Shown: positions 13,141 through 24,012, counted from the whole stretch's first letter. The stretch: DNA of 61,959 bases, filler included, from Choristocarpus tenellus KU-1152 (GCA_964200185.2; 11 parts of 11 records of this genome joined end to end with filler, not necessarily neighbours in it), one strand, 5' to 3'. The notes: a model not told the origin generated them from the sequence alone. Numbers and translations are program-made.

Positions 13141-13959
13141 CCTGGTATTAGACACCGTGTTCAAGCAGCTCCAGTAGGAAAGTTAGAGCGGAGGGGATGT
13201 GCCTGGGTCAATTCACAGGGGTTGTGATAGGGAAAAGAGCAGAAGCAGAATATCCTCTAATGAGCAGTCATAGTGCTGGACGAGCAATAGGGGGAGGTTG
13301 TGAGGTCCATGTGAAGGGTGTGTGCCTGGATCAACCTATCAATCCCTTGCCGAGGCAATAAGAGGAGGTGAACATTCGCCACTAAGAATTCACAGTGCTG
13401 GAGCAACATGCGGAGGAAAGACATAGGAGGGGACTGTGTAGTCCGTGCATGGATAGCAGGGATGACCTATGCCTCAGTAGAAGGACCAAGTCGGAGGGTC
13501 TGTGCATACATGTGCGAAATTTGATGATCGAGATAAACGTTCTTGTATGTGCAGCTGTGGAGTCGGTGTATGGCTTTGATTTTCTAGTGGCCAAAAGGGT
13601 ATTTTGAATTATTACTGACAGCATCACAGGCCAGGGTCATGCCAAACGAAAATCACGTAATGGGCCTATCATCTCCTCAATATTGTTCAAAACAAAAACT
13701 GTTGGACAACAGCATGAAGTGTGAAAGTGAGGGTGTCAGACAATAGTTTCAAGTATTCATCTTTTTACATCTGAAAATACCTACAAACCAACTATAGTAA
13801 TATCTTATTACTTATTACAAGTGTTTAATATCATGAGACAGCTCACAAAATAGGATGAGGAGATACCTTGTCCTATTCTATGATGGGCGGTTTATGGTCA
13901 TCCACATCAACTACTGTCCCAATGTACTTCTAAGTATTACATTGTTATTATGCCGTTGA

Positions 13960-14155
13960 TATGCCACGTTGTACAATTGCAGAAAGAGTCTTTCGTTGAT
14001 TGTCTAGTCACCTTGTGTGTAGAAAGGGGAAACATCAATTTTGCGTACACTTCTGTGCACAAAAAGCAACGAAATAGAGTGAATTGCACAGGGCAAGAAA
14101 GTGACTAAGAATGCAAAGGGGTCCCAACCTGCCCACCTCTCAATTGATTTGGCTC
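13960..14155 (+). mobile_element. MITE family C, partial copy
   Basis: GTCACCTTGTGTGTAGAAAGGGGAAACATCAATTTTG... matches ~23555-23650 and the reverse complement of ~21400-21500. Ends in CCTCTCAATTGATTTGGCTC. Left boundary approximate. Confidence 0.7.
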
Positions 14156-14548
14156 ATTTTCACTTACTATTGTACAGAATAAAATATGGAGGTGTTACAT
14201 ACATATATTAGTAGATAATTGTAAGAGCGCTGTGATATTCGCATCTGGAGCTCCGTAGAGGTGTTGTTTAATATTTCAGTATTGTGGAAGGATTTCATTG
14301 TCAAAATCAAATATTTGTTTTCTCCAACAGTGACAGCATCTAACTGCCTCCCCACTGCTGTGACTCCAGACTCTAGTAATGGGGGCCTTGCGAGTATTCC
14401 ATTTACTTCCTCTACTGACTTTTGCACAAGAGGCATCATATGAAGCTCGCTATCTGTGTCCATAGTCTCCTCGGTTGTAAACTGGAAATACGAATTCCAT
14501 ATGTATATCCAGCATTTCAGGAACAGAGCACTAATCAAAGAACACCAA

Positions 14549-15030
14549 GGGTCAAAGTATCTGGGGGAGGGGGGGGTGTCGGCATCCATTTCTCACTTTT
14601 TTTCGATTTTCATTTTTGGTGTGATTTGGTTGCATGTGTCGGATTTGAAATGTCAGCAAAAAAAATGGGAACATATTGCCACCATTTATTTGGGTTTGGT
14701 TAGGAGTTTCGATGTTTGCATGTGTCGAATTTCGAGTCTGTTCAAACTGGATTATTGGTTTTTGAATGTTGGTCGTGCAGTTACGATAAGAATAAGAGAT
14801 ATGGGTTAGGTTGTTTCAGGGCTGGATGTTGGTTTGTTTGGTTGCATGAGTGGGATTTGTTTAGCATATAAAGAGGGCTGTCGGTTAGGGTGTGTTTTCC
14901 CACTGTTAGGATGAGGAATTGAAAAAAAGACTATGGGCTGTTGCGAGGTTGTTTTTTTCGTTTATTTGCTTGCATGAGTCGTATCTGGTATGTACACAAA
15001 GAGGACTATTAGTTAGGGCCTGTTGTCCTG
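14549..15030 (+). mobile_element. Family A transposon end with subterminal repeat array
   Basis: Starts GGGTCAAAGTATCTGGGGGAGGGGGGGGTGTCGG. The first ~120 bp match the reverse complement of 49770-49890. Motif TTGCATGWGTCG recurs near 14630, 14716, 14842 and 14970. Confidence 0.75.
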
Positions 15031-15493
15031 GTGCGTGTACGAGGAACCAAGACATATCAGTCAAGTAGCATATGTGGTATTGACGTCACACGTCAGATAC
15101 ACAGACGATCCACAAAACACAACAACCGGTTGGCAGATCCATCGCTGGCCCTGCGACACCACCCATTAATATACTCCTTCACAAAAGATTAACAGTGTCT
15201 CATAGTAGATCATCAGCACTGACTACGAACACTTTCTTGTAATGATAGACTATTGATTCTCAGGGGTGGAGATGGCAAATTGCATAATAAGCCCAGCCAA
15301 CGGTCACGAATATCGAACCATGAGTCTAACCATTAAAATACCCTGCACTATTTCCCTCCTAGTTCCTGTTGATACGTCATAGACAAGTAAGTGTTCCAAA
15401 TAGCACACGATCCAATTGCAATTTATGTAGGTTCTTCGCATACCACAGGTTTCCTCTCACCCACTGCCCACACTCGTCCAAAAAATAACAATG

Positions 15494-16294
15494 CTAAATA
15501 AAATCATTCGTGAGAATGGAAACCCCCGCAACACCAACAAGGATTGAAATGGAGGCTATGAGCAAACCAGGGACAAACCTGGATCCGATACTGAGGTCCT
15601 CGATTGTACTTTCGTACGATGCGCATCGAATGTTGGCTGTTGTGACCGACCCCCGGAAGCGGACCACCTCGACAAGCTCCTCTACTGGCGTAGCCAACGT
15701 CCCATTAACATGAGCCACCCCAAGCAACACAGCTTGATTAAATACCGAAACTTCATTGTACTCATCGTACATGTCCTCCTCGCTCAAAATAAAACCCCGT
15801 AACTTCTCCGCGATCGCCTGTTGGTAATCATCGACAGCGTCGCGAACCATTGCGCATTGTTCGAGAAGATCCGGCGAGTAGCAGTGATGCAGGGTGCCCT
15901 TCGCCAACGTTTCGGTCGCCAAGCCATCAGCACAGTCTCCCTCAGGTTTTTCATCTTCAATCGCTCTGGAGACAAGGGTTCTAACAAACCCCATCTGGGG
16001 CACAGTCATATCCCCCTGGGAGACAAAGCGATCGAGCGATTCCGTCACTAGTGTTCCGAGTGATGCTATCATATCGGCCACCTCCCAATTTGCTCGGTCA
16101 CACTCCTCAGAGGCTTCCCAGTCGAGGCATGGACCACGACCATACTCGTTGAAATTGTCACCGGGCTTGCCACAATTAATACAATACACAGGACACGAGC
16201 ATATTCCATTCACGATCATTTGGTGAAAGGCAGGATGTGCCCCACATAGCAGCAGTAGCAGGCCGCTGAGGTAAGGGACGCGGTACAAGCCCAT
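15494..16294 (-). CDS. Intronless 266-aa Cys-rich protein with signal peptide and C-terminal hydrophobic anchor (TM or GPI); unknown family
   Basis: Longest ORF in the window and GC-richer than its flanks. First ATG at 16294 gives MGLYRVPYLSGLLLLLCGAHPA; CSCPVYCINC cluster follows; acidic body; ends FVPGLLIASISILVGVAGVSILTNDFI*. Confidence 0.78.
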   Translation of the reverse strand: MGLYRVPYLSGLLLLLCGAHPAFHQMIVNGICSCPVYCINCGKPGDNFNEYGRGPCLDWEASEECDRANWEVADMIASLGTLVTESLDRFVSQGDMTVPQMGFVRTLVSRAIEDEKPEGDCADGLATETLAKGTLHHCYSPDLLEQCAMVRDAVDDYQQAIAEKLRGFILSEEDMYDEYNEVSVFNQAVLLGVAHVNGTLATPVEELVEVVRFRGSVTTANIRCASYESTIEDLSIGSRFVPGLLIASISILVGVAGVSILTNDFI

Positions 16295-17527
16295 ACTTTG
16301 GATAGGATCAAGAACGTACCACAACTCCAGCTATGATGAGAATCTATAATGAGAATGGAGAAAGCCACCTTATTTTCTCGATTTCTTACCCTTTTTTTGA
16401 TCTTTGTCGAACTCATTTATCGAGAAGAAGAATTTAAGTACAATTTTGGAGGAGGAGAATATCATTCGTAATTTGCTGTAGATAGTTCTAAAGATATATC
16501 AGTCACAATAATACATACATTATTTTACTATTACAGTATGCTCTTAGAAAAAAAACAAGGAAAAACATTCTAACCACTATCGTCATAGATACAAAAATAT
16601 TAAAAAATGGAATGTAAGTACATCAGTATTGATGTATATTATGGGGATATGGGAATTAACAAATTCGTTGGGAGGTGTTTCACTATTCCGATATTCAATC
16701 TTCCTCAAATGAGGAATAGAAGGTTCTTGGGACGAGATGTTTTACAGAATCAATTGAGTGATTTTCACACCACTCTGTATTTTAAAGATGGCGTGAATCG
16801 TGTAATTCTGTGGTGACGTGGTTCACTCAGGCAAGGGTGGTGAAGAGAATCACCGGGCAAGACGGACCAGATAAACAAAAACGAACCGTAACCAAGGGTA
16901 CGAGGTTAAGGTTGGACAAGTGCAAATTGAGGAGTCATGAGCATCTTCAAAGAAGGGCCTGCCTCATCACTACAAGTCAAGACGTGAGAACAAAAGTGGA
17001 TCTTCCATGTGTGACAACTCTGACGAACTGTCCCAAGTCTGGGGGATTGGTCACGTGAAGAGATTCCATGGTTTCATTCTGACGGAAGGTCCGCCAGTGG
17101 AATAATGGATGCTTGAATGGGAACCTCAATCGGTACAACGGTATAATGATATATCGCTACGGAAATAACGGTATAACAACAGACAAACATGCTTTCCACA
17201 TCACCCTCCCTCTGATTGGCCTTGAAGCCATGTAAACATGATTCAAGGTCAACCAAAAAGTGAGCTCTGGGAGCGAAATGGGAAACTTGTGTGACTGTTA
17301 GTATACTATTGCATTGTATTACACGACTCCATCAATATAAAACGAAATGAGAATATAAAGGAGGCACACAATGAATAGCTGATCAGGATAACATTGGCCG
17401 AAGGTTGATGGTGTGTGGCTAGCACACCAATCAAGCTTACGAGGTCTGAGAGTATGGGATCAGCATATCAATCAGCATAACTAAAGATGAGGCGAGAGGT
17501 ATAATATGTGGCCAGCATATAGGGTCT

Positions 17528-17570
17528 GGGTCAAAGTATCTGGGGGGGGGTGTCGGCGTCCGTTTTTCAC
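17528..17570 (+). mobile_element. Family A TIR at contig end
   Basis: GGGTCAAAGTATCTGGGGGGGGGTGTCGGCGTCCGTTTTTCAC, near-identical to the 14549 and 49890 ends. Confidence 0.85.
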
Positions 17571-17670
17571 NNNNNNNNNNNNNNNNNNNNNNNNNNNNNN
17601 NNNNNNNNNNNNNNTTAATTAATTAANNNNNNNNNNNNNNNNNNNNNNNNNNNNNNNNNNNNNNNNNNNN
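17571..17670. other. Artificial contig linker 3
   Basis: Same spacer. Confidence 0.99.
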
Positions 17671-17672
17671 AT

Positions 17673-17906
17673 CTATGCTGCGGGGTCCACCTGCCCCACT
17701 CTAGTTGAGGCATCGGGTGCCGCGTGACCCTTCAGCCCACGCTTCCCTGTGACAGGCTTGGATGCATCTGCCTTAGCTTGCGTTGCCTTCTTTGCAGCAG
17801 CGCTCTTCTTTACTCCAGAAGCCTTGGCAGCCTTTCGATAGAGGTGTTTGCATTCGTGGGTGTGCGTGTTCTTTGGTGTATCGCAATCACATGCTGGTGC
17901 CCACAC
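17673..17906 (-). CDS. Probable downstream exon(s) of the WGR gene: K/A-rich linker, possibly preceded by a CxC-x10-CxH (SWIM-like) motif
   Basis: Open frame ACDCDTPKNTHTHECKHLYRKAAKASGVKKSAAAKKATQAKADASKPVTGKRGLKGH. An AAG acceptor just before AAKASG is phase-compatible with exon 2. Exon boundaries are ambiguous. Confidence 0.5.
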   Translation of the reverse strand: MWAPACDCDTPKNTHTHECKHLYRKAAKASGVKKSAAAKKATQAKADASKPVTGKRGLKGHAAPDASTRVGQVDPAA

Positions 17907-18421
17907 AAATGAAGATATGTAGACAGCTTTAAGAGGAAGAAATATCCTTACCTTTCATGAAGTACCTCCTACGGCAACGCTTCACACACTTGGTGTTTGG
18001 GAGGAGATTAAAAGAGATCGCCATGCTAGTCGATGAGAAAGTCATCGTGTCCGTTTCAGGAGTCCAGTGCTTTTGGTGCGATTCTACTCCGCAAAAGGCA
18101 CTTAAAAAATTGAGATATCTTATCTCCCTCCTTCCACCAGAGTTGGGATATTTTGATCTACAACAGTCTAGCGACAAGCTTGTATTCAGCAACAAGAGAA
18201 TGTGTATGTTGAAAACAGCCCATTTAAAGCAAGCACAACGAGGTTCTCTACTTGGATTGCTCATCCTAGAGATAAAAGGCGACATGCGATCAAACACATT
18301 GGACCACGGTCATGTCAAAAACGACTGCATGGAAGTTGCGAAACAGAAAGTTAAACACCGATCCCACGTTCACCCATTATAACACCATTACAAGTAGGCT
18401 TGGTGAGGATTGATCGCACAC

Positions 18422-18887
18422 CTTGTTGGAGGGTGCAGAGGAGGGAGTCACGTCCATGTAGCCCCCTTTAGTGCGCTTGGCTTCAGCCTGTTCCTCGGCA
18501 TAAGCAGTGGCCACCTTCGCACTGCTCATAGTCTTGACCTGTGTGACACCTTTGGAGCCAACTTTGCCATAGGAGACTGTAACCAACTTCCTGTGGGGTA
18601 ATGGTCGGTAATGGTAGGTAATGGTGGATAATGGTGAGGTGAATGCTGCTGATGTTCAGACGGAATCAATCTCCTCGACTAATGCGTAATAGATCTCCCC
18701 TACATGCGCCCCCCACGCGTCCCAATTACATTTTCAAACCCCACATCTCCTTCCCATATTTCGGCTCATCTTGTAGTGTATGCATATTTTAGGGGGTAGG
18801 GATATGAGTCCCAAAAAAGCCTCACCCTTTTACATCAATTTGCCAGAACTTGCTACTACCCCCATTGGTACATTCCAGGTAGACCAT
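18422..18887 (-). CDS. Exons 1-2 of a WGR-domain protein (nucleic-acid binding domain); 5' partial gene
   Basis: Exon 1 is 18887-18826 (ATG; donor GTGAGG) and exon 2 is 18590-18422 (acceptor CCACAG). Spliced: MVYLECTNGGSSKFWQIDVKGKLVTVSYGKVGSKGVTQVKTMSSAKVATAYAEEQAEAKRTKGGY, matching the WGR pattern YLE..SxKFW.I...v.v.yG.vG..G....K......A..........K..kGY. Confidence 0.88.
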
Positions 18888-19323
18888 ACTCTTAATCTTC
18901 CTTTAAACCAATGAACTTGAATCGATCTTCGCTTTGTATCCTGGGCGGTGCCGTGGTATGGCGAGTGAGGCGGTGATTGTTCAGCACGTTCGGGTTGTGA
19001 GTTCTTTGGTACTTTGTCTCCCTCTTTCGCGGTTATAGAGGATGAAAACCAAATTGGTTGAGAATCACCCCAAGAATTTTTTTGAAATTTCGGGAAATGG
19101 AATTATTATAATTTTACCCTCCGATTTATTACGAGAGCGGGTTCTTCTATGATGACGTATTAATAATTTGATACAAATTATATCCTCATATCTGATATCG
19201 GAGAGGTGAAGAATATCTCCTTCACCCCACAAACCCTATACCAACACAGGTACCCCTCCCACCTTTGTCGTGAAAGGTAGTTACCGCATCGCATCTCCCC
19301 TAACCTCGGGTGTGAATCCTAAG
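18888..19323. promoter_or_regulatory. Putative bidirectional promoter / 5' UTR region
   Basis: 436 bp between divergent ATGs at 18887 (-) and 19324 (+), with an AT-rich centre. Inferred from gene arrangement only. Confidence 0.55.
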
Positions 19324-21096
19324 ATGAGCATCGTGGAGCATCAACAAGCTTCACATGTGCAGTTTGACACGTCCCTGGTGAGTCATCCATGCGATATCAC
19401 GTGACTTTGAATATCCCCAAATCTCCTGTTATCACACAGGTTATGATCATCTTTGTTTGTCATTCGTGGATCTATGGTGCTAATGTACCTCGGCTGTTCA
19501 AATCTTACTCAACTCATCTACTTGAAATTTGGAAAGGAGTATCGAGTCCCAAGGCAGTTAAGGGATTGTGTTGACTAGAGTAAGAGTTGTCAACATCAAC
19601 CTGTGATTATGTGATTGCCACCTTGCCCTTGGGTGTCCCTTGTGTGGGTAAAATTCGTCGAAATTTGGTGCTTCGTCTATTGCCAAAGAATAGGCCGGTA
19701 TGAAGCTCGCTCTCGTAGAGTCAACCTCAGGTTGTCTTCAGCTTCTTTAACAGCAACATACCTTGGTCGAACCTGATGGAGCAGAATCGCCGATATCATT
19801 CATCGCCCAACCCGCAGGGTTCATTTACCGTGGAGCTATACACACAGCATGCCCCACGATCATGCTTCAACATATCAGAACTGGCCCGAAGAGGGTAAGT
19901 AAGCCCCCACCACTTCTCACCTTGCTGTGACACAACTAGGTACAGACGTGTAGGATCTTTGATATTTGTCGAAAGCTTGAACTTGCAACAAATTCGAAAG
20001 ATTATACGCAGATGAAAAAATATATGTAATATGGTCGAGACTGTGAGAAAAGCAGATGGGGGAATAATGGGAAGAGAATGTGCCAATTCCTGGACCGAAA
20101 CAAAGTACCCTAGAGTACAAACTTGAACTAGAAACTGGATTTATGTTCAGTAGTGCTTGATGCTCTTCCGTAGTTGGGGGATACCACTGCAACTATGCAC
20201 AGCATAATAGCAACGACATGTGCATAATAGTAGAGGAAAATAATCCCCGGATTGGTTCCAACACCAGGCAAATTAACCTTTCCCCTTAGTATGATTTCAT
20301 ACGTACGTTAGTATTTGTTTGGTGTAAACCAAATTCAGCTTTATTTCTCTTTTTTCTATGCTAGATCTACAAATAATCGTAGATAGATTCTTTCGGTTAC
20401 TCCCCATCATCCTTCTCGTGGTCCTACCTACCATCCCAACTTTGGTTGGGATCAAGAACCGATGAACTTTCAGGGAAAACATCTTAGGTGAGAGAGATGC
20501 GACTATGTCTATCCTAGTTTATGTAGTGAACAATAAAAAATATCATATAGAGCCCTAACCACGGTTCTTCAGCCAGGTTAATCGGCGCACTCTTTTATGC
20601 CTTCACAAGCTACAACATTCTGAGACCATACGACCATGCTGTTGCTGGTATGGTTGAGCATGTAGAGGATGATGACCATGCAGGACTTTCCTCATCTATT
20701 CCTTGGATTCCCATGTAGTAAAGGTACATGTGTGATGTTGCAATCCACTAAAAACGCACTGCAACAAACTCGACAGCAGGGTTGAAGCATCAGCTATGAT
20801 AGAGAGAGTGTTGATACCAGAATTCTCTCGTGGTGAAGAGGATGCATGTGCCCAAATAGTCAAGTCTACCAATACATACACCAATCAATATACGTATGAG
20901 ATTTGAGCAACTCACAAGGCCAACCTCTGCAAACGTCTGCTGTGTCCCTGGTTATGGTGGATGATGGCGGGGCACTCGGTCAGGTACTACGACGGAACAA
21001 TATTCCACCGTGTAATAAGGGACTTCATGGTCCAAGGAGGGGATCCAACGGGTACGGGACGGGGGGGGGAATCAGCTTATGGGGGGAAATTTGAGG
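19324..21096 (+). CDS. PPIL1: Cyclophilin-type peptidyl-prolyl isomerase-like 1 (spliceosomal), 5' partial
   Basis: Exons 19324-19377 (donor GTGAGT), 19818-19894 (donor GTAAGT) and 20984-21096 give [89 protein letters not shown] and [11 protein letters not shown] are characteristic of PPIL1/CYP1. Confidence 0.92.
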
Positions 21097-21196
21097 NNNN
21101 NNNNNNNNNNNNNNNNNNNNNNNNNNNNNNNNNNNNNNNNTTAATTAATTAANNNNNNNNNNNNNNNNNNNNNNNNNNNNNNNNNNNNNNNNNNNN
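21097..21196. other. Artificial contig linker 4
   Basis: Same spacer. Confidence 0.99.
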
Positions 21197-21265
21197 CCAA
21201 AATCAAAACATGAAAAAATTGACCTCAAATGGACAGCCGCCACCCCCTCCCAGATACTTTGAGCC
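21197..21265 (-). mobile_element. Family A TIR (GGC variant) at contig start
   Basis: Reverse complement is GGCTCAAAGTATCTGGGAGGGGGTGGCGGCTGTCCATTTG, near-identical to 27148-27190. Confidence 0.85.
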
Positions 21266-21346
21266 TTTTGGTTCCGTCAGACTAGTCGGTAGTCACTTCC
21301 CTCTCCACTAGCACGTTGTTAGATGGTGGCAGTGTACATTTGCTCA

Positions 21347-21608
21347 GAGTCCAACCAAATTGAGAGGCAGACGGGTTTAGACCCTCTTTGCATTCTAAAT
21401 CATAATTATTTCCCTGTTCAATACCTTCTATTTGGTATGTGGACAATAGTGTACACAAAATTTGTATTCCCCTCTCTCCGCACAAAAGTGACACCACGCG
21501 ATTCGCAGCAAAGGAGACCCTTTCTGAAATTGTACAAAAAATGCACATTTTTTCCCTTTCTTGGGATCCTTCGGATGCAACCCTGCCTACCTCTCAGTTG
21601 ATTGACTC
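21347..21608. mobile_element. MITE family C, full-length (~262 bp)
   Basis: TIRs GAGTCCAACCAAATTGAGAGGCAG and CTACCTCTCAGTTGATTGACTC. Flanked by TCA on both sides (3-bp match). Reverse complement aligns with 23442-23650. Confidence 0.8.
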
Positions 21609-21643
21609 TCATAATATATTTTCCCGGGTCTACTTTGCTACAG

Positions 21644-22659
21644 ATCATCATAGGTGCATCGGCAACTACCTTGTTAGATGACGGGGACAGCAGTTCATCA
21701 ACAACTTCATACTCCACGGATGATGGTTGCAACATTATCACAGGACCCAAAATTATATCTGATGGGGATGGTAAGCGCAGTCCAGGGGGTTCAAATGGCA
21801 ATAGCTCTTCATCAGACTACTGTACTGGTGCCAGTGGCACTGGCAACGCTGGCATTGCTAGCAATACTAGCCACAATAGCAACGATTGGATGAGGAGAGG
21901 CGATGAGGCTATAGAAAGAGCTGGACTGGCGAAGGCTGAGGTACAACTCCCTGTTGCCGATATTTACAGCGCTGTTGAGATGTCAGACCCTGGCACAACC
22001 ATTATTATTGCTGGAGTTGTTAGGCTCAATGACATCCTTCACATCAACAGGTCGGTTTGCCTTATATGCAGAGGGCAGGGCAAGATTGAGACCCTCGAGG
22101 ATACACTGCAGGTACTGTATAGTTTATCTTAGTATTGGTCAGAAAGATAGCCACGATACACTTGTTTACGCACTAATCTGTTTGTACATCTACTATGTTC
22201 TTTGTCATCTTGGGTTAATGTGTCCTACCTACGGTTGATGCAAGGTTATACAGAGGTACAATTGACTTCACTGGTAGAGGCCTGGGGAATCAACGACACA
22301 AGGTCGCAATAAACGTGGTATCTGCTTGTGAAGTTATTGAAATAAGTACACAAATCAATAACTTATCCTTCTTCTCATCATGGGTCCATCACTGCACCCT
22401 GTGGCAATGTACCCACGAGTACACCATATCTACACAGTTTGATGTGTGCTGTTCTACCGTAATGGAAGGTGGATGCCCCCTGCATTCTCCAGGACATGGT
22501 GATTACGAGAGATCCAACACTTTGTGGATGTGGTATTTCAAACCATTGTGACTATGATGATGATATGTTCTGCGCTGACTGTGGTGACGTGTGCTCCTGT
22601 GGTTTTATCCACGGTCCAGCCCTGACAATCTCAGATGATGCGGTGGTTGAGCGATGCCG
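21644..22659 (+). CDS. Two internal exons of a protein with right-handed beta-helix (pectin-lyase-fold)-like start and a Cys/Asp-rich insert
   Basis: Exons 21644-22111 (donor GTACTG) and 22469-22659 (donor GTGAGT) join in phase 0: ...DIYSAVEMSDPGTTIIIAGVVRLNDILHINRSVCLICRGQGKIETLEDTLQVDAPCILQDMVITRDPTLCGCGISNHCDYDDDMFCADCGDVCSCGFIHGPALTISDDAVVERC. I..AV....PG.tI.i.......l.I.r.v.L is the usual N-cap of such beta-helices (inference). May be a pseudogene. Confidence 0.55.
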
Positions 22660-23137
22660 GTGAGTATGATAAGGTGTGATGCACTGAGTAGACACAAATA
22701 TTATTGTGTGAGTAATAGATCAGTTGCAGCAGAGGACTCAATCAAAGCCCTTTTACCATATCAATACACAAAACATATAGCACAAATCGCAGTACGAATT
22801 CGACATATCTTAAGGCATTGAATGAAGTCCCCAGGAAACTCAATGGCCCACAGCACCATGCACCTGTTGATTAATTAGCACTTGCAGTATATGACGAGAC
22901 AAATTCCATTCTGCTACTATGGATTTCGAGCTTGTAAAGTCAGGCTGGTTCCACCTCGAGTATATTGAGCTTTCGTTCGACAGTTTCAAAGGTGCAGCGA
23001 TCACTACCGTGTATCCTAAAATATGTCCATGTAGAGCTTTGGTGCATTCTCTTGCAATCATGTGTACCAATAGTTCTCAACTAGATATGTAGCGCATTGT
23101 ACAGTATGGACAGTATGTAATATGGTAGTACAAGATG

Positions 23138-23398
23138 TTTAGAAAGTTAATGAGAGGTATCCACAGGGTTGCATTTGAAGGATGCTGACAAATATCTGCG
23201 AAATTCATCTTTCTATTACATATGTTTATGGGAAAGTTTATGAATCACGTGAGAAAAGTTTAAAACACTGAAGAAATATACGCTCTCAAGTCAAAAATGA
23301 GATCTTGATTTGTAGAAATATGGGCGAATCACAAAATTATAAACAGACCTATAATGCGGTTCGGCCAAAACCTGGGAATCTCTCGTATACTTTGGGTC
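23138..23398. mobile_element. MITE family D copy (degenerate)
   Basis: AAAGTTAATGAGAGGTA...GGGTTGCATTTGAAGGATGCTGACAA...ACCTGGGAATCTCTCGTATACTTTGGGTC parallels 11344-11581. Left boundary approximate. Confidence 0.65.
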
Positions 23399-23441
23399 AA
23401 GATTGTGAAGATTCAAGCTTCAAGGCTCTGTAGTGGGATCC

Positions 23442-23660
23442 GAGTCAAACCAACTGAGAGGTAGGCAGGGTTGCATTTTAAGGATCCTAAGAAAGGTCAA
23501 GAATATGCCATTTTGTACAACAATTGTAGAAATGGGCCTTTGCTAAATCGTGGTGTCACTTTGTGTGTCGAAAAGGGGAATATCAACTTTGTGCATATAC
23601 TAATGTACACCTATAGCAATGAAATAGAGTGTACTGCACAGGGTGAGAAAGTTGTACCCA
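23442..23660 (+). mobile_element. MITE family C copy, 3' truncated
   Basis: Starts GAGTCAAACCAACTGAGAGGTAGGCAGGGTTGCA; inverted relative to 21347-21608. Confidence 0.75.
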
Positions 23661-24012
23661 GCTTTCGACAAAACTACTTTTGCCATATTTCTCAAGGTTT
23701 AGGGTCGCGGCGTTGTCACGTGTGTGATCACTGGTCGGCCGAAGCCAGTGAATATCCACCCCACTCTCCCCATCCTCGCTGACGCGCTCCGCTAGGATCT
23801 TGCCGACCAAGAGCGGCGCCTCCGTTGCCACAAAAAAGGCAAACCTGCCTTCCTGCACCGAGAACAGGTTTCCATGGTTCCCCGATGTCAACGTTGGACG
23901 AGGCCAACCCCGTCGACGGGAGCCAGGTTCTTCCTTGTCACTGTCCGATGAGGAAGAGTGTGTTTCCTCGAGCCCGCCGAGATCATTGTCACTATCAACG
24001 AGATTATCCCCC
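23660..24012 (-). pseudogene. GC-rich coding-like fragment with frameshift, probably transposon-derived
   Basis: Acidic stretch DNLVDSDNDLGGLEETHSSSSDSDKEEP shifts frame into SGNHGNLFSVQEGRFAFFVATEAPLLVGKILAERVSEDGESGVDIHWLRP. Abuts the truncated end of the family C copy. Family not recognised. Confidence 0.35.

Noticed and set aside
15510-16226. Several overlapping plus-strand ORFs
   Set aside because: Shadow frames of the minus-strand 266-aa gene.
14549-17570. Composite transposon carrying the Cys-rich gene
   Set aside because: The two family A termini are in the same orientation, so they do not form an inverted pair.
17957-18382. 141-aa plus-strand ORF
   Set aside because: Antisense to, and within, the WGR gene region; no recognisable motif.
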